DNA from: Candidatus Spongiisociaceae bacterium
GTDB taxonomy: Bacteria > Actinomycetota > Acidimicrobiia > Spongiisociales > Spongiisociaceae
Direction: 5' to 3'
Assembly (NCBI GenBank): GCA_965262915.1
Contig: OZ253564.1
Span: 2,112,001 to 2,176,000, forward strand
DNA: 64,000 nt
The position numbers and the translations under genes are program-made. The notes beneath the pieces were generated by a model that did not search any database, had not been told where the DNA came from, and saw only the letters and a list, made by a program, of their open reading frames with translations. Every line of letters starts with the position of its first letter. The first letter of the stretch is position 1. Below are positions 58,295 through 64,000 of the stretch, piece by piece.

Positions 58295-58512
58295 CGCGAG
58301 GGGATTGAACCTGTCACACCGGTGTTGCACCATGAGTGTTACCAAACACCCGCGCGGTCTCGAACCGGACGTCATTCGGCCGCCCGATGGGTCATCGATG
58401 TCGGAACCCGGTCGCCCAGGACGGGTAGGGGAGAACGCGCTCCGATCCCAGGCAAGGTGGTGGAGGGGGAGGGCCCGGTGGAAAGAACTCTGCGGGCGGT
58501 TTTCGCGGTCTT
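58295..58512 (+). ncRNA. Candidate structured sRNA with own promoter, copy B
   Basis: TTGAAC-17bp-CACCAT (58305-58333), then about 170 nt homologous to the reverse complement of 27551-27760. Confidence 0.55.
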
Positions 58513-58626
58513 TCGATAGTGAGAACCAGAGCAACTAACTTACGAGCCGTCACGAAGCAGCTGTTGACGATGGCTCGGATCTCCCCGGCCGGCGCCTGTC
58601 CGCGCATGTTCTCGGAACGACTGATA

Positions 58627-59997
58627 TCAGGTGGCTATGTAGACATTCTTGAGTTCGGTGTAGTAATCGAGGGCGTCGGGGCCCAGGGCCCGGCCGACTC
58701 CGGATTGCTTGAATCCCCCGTAGGGCGTTGCGATACGCACCGACCAGTTGGAATTGACCGACAGGGTGCCGGCCTCCAGTGCCCGGGCGACCCGGAGTGC
58801 CTTGGAGCCGTTCTCCGTCCAAACCGAACCGGACAGGCCGTAGATGGTGTCGTTGGCGATGGAGATGGCCTCCTCCTCGTCTCCGAACGGCATGACGCAG
58901 GCGACTGGACCGAAGATCTCGTCCGTCACGACGCGGGCGTCGGGAGAGTTCGGGGTTACAACGGTGGGGGCGAACCAGAATCCCGGTCCGTCCGGCGCGG
59001 TGCCCCGGGCCACGACCGTGGTGTCCTCATCGAGGAACGAGGCGACCTTGGCCCGATGCCGGGCCGTGATCAGGGGTCCCATCTCGGTGCTCTCGTCCAT
59101 GGGGTCACCCACCCGCATGGCGGCGACGTTGGCGGAGAGCAGGTCCAGGAAGCTATCCATGGCGGTTCGCTCGACAAGGATCCGCGAGCGGGCGCAGCAG
59201 TCCTGACCGGCGTTGCCGAACACGGCGCCCGGAGCGGCGGCGGCCGCCCGCTCGAGGTCGGCGTCGGCGAACACGATGTTGGCCGACTTGCCGCCGAGTT
59301 CGAGGGTCACCCGCTTGATGGTCTCGGAAGCCCGTGCGCTGATGCGCTTGCCGACCTCGGTGGAGCCGGTGAAGGTGATCTTGGCCACATCGGGGTGGTC
59401 GACGAGACGCTCGCCGACCACGCTTCCCGGTCCCGCGACCACGTTGAACACACCTTCGGGCAGTCCCGCTTCCAGCGCGATGCGTTCCAGCTCCAGGGCG
59501 GTCAGCGGGGTGAGCTGCGCCGGCTTCAGGACCACCGTGTTGCCGGCGGCCAGCGCGGGGGCCGCTCCCCAGGAGGCGATGGCGAGGGGGAAGTTCCAAG
59601 GGGTGATCATGCCCACCACGCCCATCGGTTCCTTGAACGTCATGTTGATGCCACCGGGGACGGGGATGGTCCTTCCGGACAGGCGCTCGGCGGATCCGGC
59701 ATAGTAGGCGAAGGTGGCCGCCACCACCCCTATCTCGCCCAGCGCGTCGTTGATCGGTTTGCCCACGTTGCGGGACTCCGTCCGGGCCAAGGACATGGCC
59801 TGCTCCTCAACCGCCACGGCGATCCGCCGGAGCAGGGTGGCCCGATCTCCGGCCGAGACGTTCCGCCACGTTTCGAAGGCCAGCTTCGCCCGGGCCACGG
59901 CCCGGTCGGTCTCTTCCAGGCCCGCCGAGGGAAGCCGGGCCATGACTTGGCCGGTCGCCGGCTCGATGACGTCTATGGAATCTCCCACCGTGCTCAT
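58627..59997 (-). CDS. Aldehyde dehydrogenase (aminoaldehyde type)
   Basis: PWNFP, FTGS, LELGGKS, NAGQDC, EIFGP, PYGGFKQSG. Confidence 0.95.
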   Translation of the reverse strand: MSTVGDSIDVIEPATGQVMARLPSAGLEETDRAVARAKLAFETWRNVSAGDRATLLRRIAVAVEEQAMSLARTESRNVGKPINDALGEIGVVAATFAYYAGSAERLSGRTIPVPGGINMTFKEPMGVVGMITPWNFPLAIASWGAAPALAAGNTVVLKPAQLTPLTALELERIALEAGLPEGVFNVVAGPGSVVGERLVDHPDVAKITFTGSTEVGKRISARASETIKRVTLELGGKSANIVFADADLERAAAAAPGAVFGNAGQDCCARSRILVERTAMDSFLDLLSANVAAMRVGDPMDESTEMGPLITARHRAKVASFLDEDTTVVARGTAPDGPGFWFAPTVVTPNSPDARVVTDEIFGPVACVMPFGDEEEAISIANDTIYGLSGSVWTENGSKALRVARALEAGTLSVNSNWSVRIATPYGGFKQSGVGRALGPDALDYYTELKNVYIAT

Positions 59998-60214
59998 CCC
60001 CAACTCCGTTCTTACTCGGTTCGCGCTTTCCGGCATTCGTTCAGACCGCGCGTCAGGATGGTCCCGATTTGTTTCGAACCGACCGGCCGCGGGGTTGGTA
60101 GTCTGCCCTCGCAGTCGGCGCGCAACCTGGCGGATGGCCCGGACGGCCCTAGGGTACAACCGGATCCTGAGCACCCCATCCACGCCGGCCGCCGATCAGC
60201 GAGTGGAGGTTCAA

Positions 60215-62311
60215 GTGCAGCTGAAAGCACCGTTGGTAGAGCCCGGCGCCAGTTCCGTTCTCCAACTGGAGGTGGTAAAGCCGTACCGCGTGATCGTTTC
60301 GGGTGACGGTGCGTGGGTGGAGGACTCCAGCGGCAAGCGATACCTCGACGCCATGAGCGGTGGCTCGATGGCGGCCACCCTCGGCCACGGTCGAAGCGAC
60401 CTGATCGAGGTGGCCTGGGAACAGTCCCGCCGGGCCGGCTACCTCGACAACAACCGTCTGACCAACCCCTGGCAGGAAGCCCTGGCCGCAGAGTTGGTAG
60501 AACTGGGACCGCCCGGGTTCTCGAGGGCGCGATTCGTCACGGGCGGGTCGGAGGCCAACGAAGCCGCCATCCGCGCCGCCCGCATGTACCACGTCACCCG
60601 GGGCGAGCCGCAGCGGTGGCAGATCATCTCGCCGGCCCAGTCCTATCACGGCCCCACGATGCAGACCCTCGCCCTCACCGGCCGGCCCGGACTGCACGGC
60701 GCCTTCGGTCCCTACCTGAGCCGCCACCGGCACATCCCGCCCGCCACCCGGCGCTTCGACCCTACGGGACAGCAGGCCCTCGATGCGCTGGACGAGGCAT
60801 TGGAGCAAGTCGGCCCCGAGAACGTATCGACCTACTTCTGCGAGCCGATCAGCGCCGCTTCGCTACCTGCGTACTCGCCCCCCGCGCGGTTCTGGGAGGG
60901 TCTGGCGGAGCGGCGCGAGCGGTACGGGTTCCTCGTCTGCTTCGACGAGGTGGTCACGGGAGTGGGGAGGACCGGTAACTGGTTCGCCGCCAACGACCTC
61001 CCCATCGTTCCCGACATGATCGCCACGGCCAAGGGGCTGGGAGCCGGCTACACGGCCATCGGGGCGGTCCTCTATGCGGCTCATGTCTACGAAGCCATCG
61101 CCGCCGGGACGGACTCCTTCAGCCTGGGTCACACATGGGACGGCTCTCCGCTGCCCTGCGCCGTGGGTCTGGCGGTGCTCGGAGTCCTCAAATCGGAAGG
61201 CTGGATCGACCATGTGGCGAGTCGGGGCCCGTCGCTGCGTCGGGAGTTGGAGGCGGCCTTGGAGGGGAACGATCTCGTGGGAGAGGTGCGGGGACGGGGC
61301 TACCTGCTGGGCATCGACTTCGTGGACCCCCGAGACGGTCAATCCTTCCTTCCCCCCGAGCTGGGAGTGGCGGGCCGGATCGAGCGAGCCGCGGCTCGCA
61401 ACGGTCTGCTGGTGCTCGGCACCCAACCCACCCGGGACGGCTTCGCGGGCGACCAGCACCTCTTCGCGCCGCCCTTCCCCACCCCGGATGCGGACCTGGC
61501 GGGGATGGTGGAGCGCATGGCGACCGCTGTGGGCGAGGTGGCTGCCGAGGTGAGGGACGAACTCGGTGGGACCCTGTCGCCCGGGGGCGGTCCTTCCGAT
61601 TCGCCCTCACGGCTGCGCGTGCTGATCGTCCAGCACGAGGAGCCCACCCCGGCCGGGTTCGTCCATGAGTGGTTGGTGGACCAGGGCGCCGACGTGGAGA
61701 TCTACCGCATCGACCTCGAGCAACGCCGTGTCGATCCCACTCGCTACGACCTCATCGTCTCGCTCGGGTCGGAATTCGCCGCATTCGACGATTCGATCCC
61801 CTGGATCGACCGGGAGAAGGACCTATTGGTGGAAGCCTACGGGGCCGATGTTCCGATCCTGGGCCTCTGCTTCGGTGGCCAGCTACTCGCCAGGGTCCTT
61901 GGTGGCGATTCCTATCGGGGAGAGCTATCGGAAGTCGGTTGGTTACCGGTTCGGACCCTTGATGAGGATCTCGTGCCCCGAGGTCCCTGGTTCCAGTGGC
62001 ACTTCGACACCTTCTCCGTACCGCCGGGCGGCGAACTCGTAGCCGACAGCGAGGCCGGTCCCCAGGCGTTCGTGATGGGCCGCAGTCTCGGGGTCCAGTT
62101 CCACCCGGAGATCACCAACGAGATCATGGACGATTGGGTTGCGGTCTACCGCCACGAACTCGACGATGAAGGAGTGGATCCCGACGCCCTGCTGGAGGAG
62201 ACCAGGCAGCTGGCCGCCGAATCGCGGGCCGTCGCTGCACAGATGCTGGAGCGATTCGCCGAGGACATAGCCGGCTTGGCTCTCCCGATACGAGGCGAGT
62301 GCGGATCATGA
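60215..62311 (+). CDS. Class III aminotransferase fused to a type 1 glutamine amidotransferase-like domain
   Basis: GGSEANE, SYHG, DEVVTGVGRTG, AKGLG; then GLCFGGQ, WHFD, QFHPE; GTG start after GGAGG. Confidence 0.9.
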   Translation: MQLKAPLVEPGASSVLQLEVVKPYRVIVSGDGAWVEDSSGKRYLDAMSGGSMAATLGHGRSDLIEVAWEQSRRAGYLDNNRLTNPWQEALAAELVELGPPGFSRARFVTGGSEANEAAIRAARMYHVTRGEPQRWQIISPAQSYHGPTMQTLALTGRPGLHGAFGPYLSRHRHIPPATRRFDPTGQQALDALDEALEQVGPENVSTYFCEPISAASLPAYSPPARFWEGLAERRERYGFLVCFDEVVTGVGRTGNWFAANDLPIVPDMIATAKGLGAGYTAIGAVLYAAHVYEAIAAGTDSFSLGHTWDGSPLPCAVGLAVLGVLKSEGWIDHVASRGPSLRRELEAALEGNDLVGEVRGRGYLLGIDFVDPRDGQSFLPPELGVAGRIERAAARNGLLVLGTQPTRDGFAGDQHLFAPPFPTPDADLAGMVERMATAVGEVAAEVRDELGGTLSPGGGPSDSPSRLRVLIVQHEEPTPAGFVHEWLVDQGADVEIYRIDLEQRRVDPTRYDLIVSLGSEFAAFDDSIPWIDREKDLLVEAYGADVPILGLCFGGQLLARVLGGDSYRGELSEVGWLPVRTLDEDLVPRGPWFQWHFDTFSVPPGGELVADSEAGPQAFVMGRSLGVQFHPEITNEIMDDWVAVYRHELDDEGVDPDALLEETRQLAAESRAVAAQMLERFAEDIAGLALPIRGECGS

Positions 62312-62337
62312 GTTCATCGACCGGAGGGAGTAACCGG

Positions 62338-63690
62338 ATGACCATCGACGCGGCATCCACCAGCGTATTCCCGAAGTACCTGGATAGGGGCTACCCGAGC
62401 ATCCAACGTGCCCGCGGTGTCTGGCTTCACACGACCGGCGGGAGGAGGATCCTCGACGCCTGCTCGGGAGGTACGATGGCGGGAGGCCTCGGCCACGGGG
62501 TCGAGGAGATCGTGGACGCCGCCGCCGCCGGGCTGGGTGACATCGTCTACTACTACGCCCATCACTTCACCAACCTGCCGCAGGAGCGGCTGGCGGCCCG
62601 TCTCGTGGAGCTAGCGCCGGAGATGGCCAGGGTCCGCTTCCTGAGCGGAGGTTCGGAAGCCAATGAGACCGCGCTGCGTCTGGCCCGCCAGTACCACGTG
62701 GATCGTGGCGAGAGCGGGCGATGGCGGGTCATCTCACCGGCCCAGGCCTACCACGGCGCCACGATGGCCACCCTCGCCCTGGTCGGTCGCCCGGGCATGC
62801 AGGCGCCCTTCGGTCCCTACCTGTCCGAGCACCTCCACATCCCACCCTGTACGGAGCGCTTCGACCCGACCGGCGAGGCAGCCCTGGACGCTCTGGACGA
62901 GGCGTTGGAGCAGGCCGGTCCCGAGAACGTGTCTGCATTCTTCTGCGAGCCGGTCAGCGCGGCTTCCCTACCCGGCTACTCGCCCCCGACCCGTTTCTGG
63001 GAGGGGCTGGCCGAGCGGCGGGACCGGTACGGCTTCCTGGTCTGCTTCGACGAGGTGGTTACCGGCGTCGGGCGCACAGGACGCTGGTTTGCCTACCAGG
63101 GCTTGCCGATCACCCCCGACATAGTGACCATCGGCAAGATGCTGGGAGGCGGCTACTTCCCGCTTGCCGCCACCATGTGCCGTGAACCGGTGTATGACGC
63201 CCTGGCGTCCGGTTCGAAGGACTTCGACCTGGGGCACACGTGGGACGGTGCCCCGCTCGGCTGTGCGGTCGGCCTCGCGGTGCTCGACTACATCGAAGCA
63301 CATGGTCTGGTCGAGCGGGTGGCCGAGAGGGGTCCGTCGGTGCTCGAACAGTTGCGGTCGGCCCTCGAGGGCTACGCGATCGTGGGCGAGGTCCGGGGCC
63401 GCGGGTTCCTGATGGGTGTCGAATATGTGGATCCGCGGGACGGTTCCTCCATCCCGCCCGAATCGCTGGAAATAGCCGGACGGATCGACACCTGTTCGAT
63501 GGACAACGATCTCGTCGTGATGTCTACGCATCCCAACGCCGATGGCTACGCGGGGGACCAGACGGTCTTTGCGCCCGCGCTCACTGCCACGGACGAGGAG
63601 CTGGCCGAGATGATCGAGCGGTTCGCTCGCGTGGTGGGGGAGGTCGACAGGACGGTGAGAGACCGCGTGGCGAACGGAGGAACGATATGA
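62338..63690 (+). CDS. Class III aminotransferase (paralogue)
   Basis: GGSEANE, AYHG, DEVVTGVGRTG, GKMLGGG, GHTW. Confidence 0.93.
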   Translation: MTIDAASTSVFPKYLDRGYPSIQRARGVWLHTTGGRRILDACSGGTMAGGLGHGVEEIVDAAAAGLGDIVYYYAHHFTNLPQERLAARLVELAPEMARVRFLSGGSEANETALRLARQYHVDRGESGRWRVISPAQAYHGATMATLALVGRPGMQAPFGPYLSEHLHIPPCTERFDPTGEAALDALDEALEQAGPENVSAFFCEPVSAASLPGYSPPTRFWEGLAERRDRYGFLVCFDEVVTGVGRTGRWFAYQGLPITPDIVTIGKMLGGGYFPLAATMCREPVYDALASGSKDFDLGHTWDGAPLGCAVGLAVLDYIEAHGLVERVAERGPSVLEQLRSALEGYAIVGEVRGRGFLMGVEYVDPRDGSSIPPESLEIAGRIDTCSMDNDLVVMSTHPNADGYAGDQTVFAPALTATDEELAEMIERFARVVGEVDRTVRDRVANGGTI

Positions 63691-64000
63691 CCTGGACGCC
63701 TTCCGACGACGGCTTCGTACTGCTCGGCATGCCTGATGTGCATGGCTCCATCCGGGGCAAGGCGCACCGACCCGGTGCCTTCCGGTCGGCGGTCGAGAAG
63801 GGCACGGTGATGACCGACCTGTGGCTGGGCCTGGATCCGGTCGACATGCCGATCACCGACTACCAGGACTACGGGATCAACACGGGCGCCCCTGACCTCC
63901 TGCTGGCGCCGGACCCCGACACGCTCCGCCCGCTGGCGTGGAGACCGGGGTGGGGGATCTGCCTGGCCGACCCGAGCTGGCCGGACGGTTCCAGATGCAG
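63687..64000 (+). CDS. Glutamine synthetase-like (gamma-glutamyl-amine ligase) protein, 3' truncated
   Basis: Translated by hand: MPDVHGSIRGK..GAPDLLLAPDPDTLRPLAW; ATGA overlap with the previous stop. Confidence 0.8.
   Translation, partial: MTWTPSDDGFVLLGMPDVHGSIRGKAHRPGAFRSAVEKGTVMTDLWLGLDPVDMPITDYQDYGINTGAPDLLLAPDPDTLRPLAWRPGWGICLADPSWPDGSRC

Noticed and set aside
58200-58512. c-di-AMP riboswitch or 6C RNA
   Set aside because: Only short resemblances (CAGGCAAGG, C/G runs). It lacks the GGGGTGAA and CCCGNCAGCT cores and the twin C-loop hairpins, and there is no downstream gene in the sense direction.
1-64000. rRNA, tRNA, prophage, intein or intron
   Set aside because: None recognised by eye. 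dnaE and ileS are of normal length with contiguous motifs.

Overview
High-GC actinobacterial DNA, probably Acidimicrobiia (inferred from gene content and order). Positions 1-34 kb are housekeeping: NUDIX, histidine phosphatase, dinB, DUF3040, an Rv1830-like MerR regulator, HNH and Fur. These are followed by the dcw cluster (mraZ-rsmH-ftsL-ftsI-murE-mraY-murD-ftsW-murG-murC-murB-ftsQ-ftsZ-pgeF-yggS-sepF-yggT-divIVA, with no murF or ddl and a frameshifted mraY), then ileS, DUF167, DksA-like, lspA, RluA-type synthase and dnaE. Positions 34-64 kb are accessory: an AroQ-hydrolase fusion, SDR, phosphotriesterase-like gene, decayed toxin-antitoxin loci, a peptide-type ABC importer with CocE and hydantoinase/oxoprolinase genes, a Fic protein, and a gamma-glutamyl-amine catabolic cluster with an aminotransferase-GATase fusion. 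Two things stand out. (1) An ISL3 element with a perfect 8-bp target duplication carries an IS110 element inside its right inverted repeat. The IS110 non-coding end folds as a bridge RNA whose four guide segments match, base for base, the ISL3 inverted repeat (target) and the IS110's own ends (donor). The recombinase also has an extra C-terminal HTH. (2) A roughly 170-nt non-coding element with its own sigma70-like promoter occurs twice, about 31 kb apart and in opposite orientations, with conserved sequence blocks and hairpins. It is a candidate undescribed structured sRNA. No rRNA, tRNA or CRISPR array was seen. All alignments and folds were done by eye.
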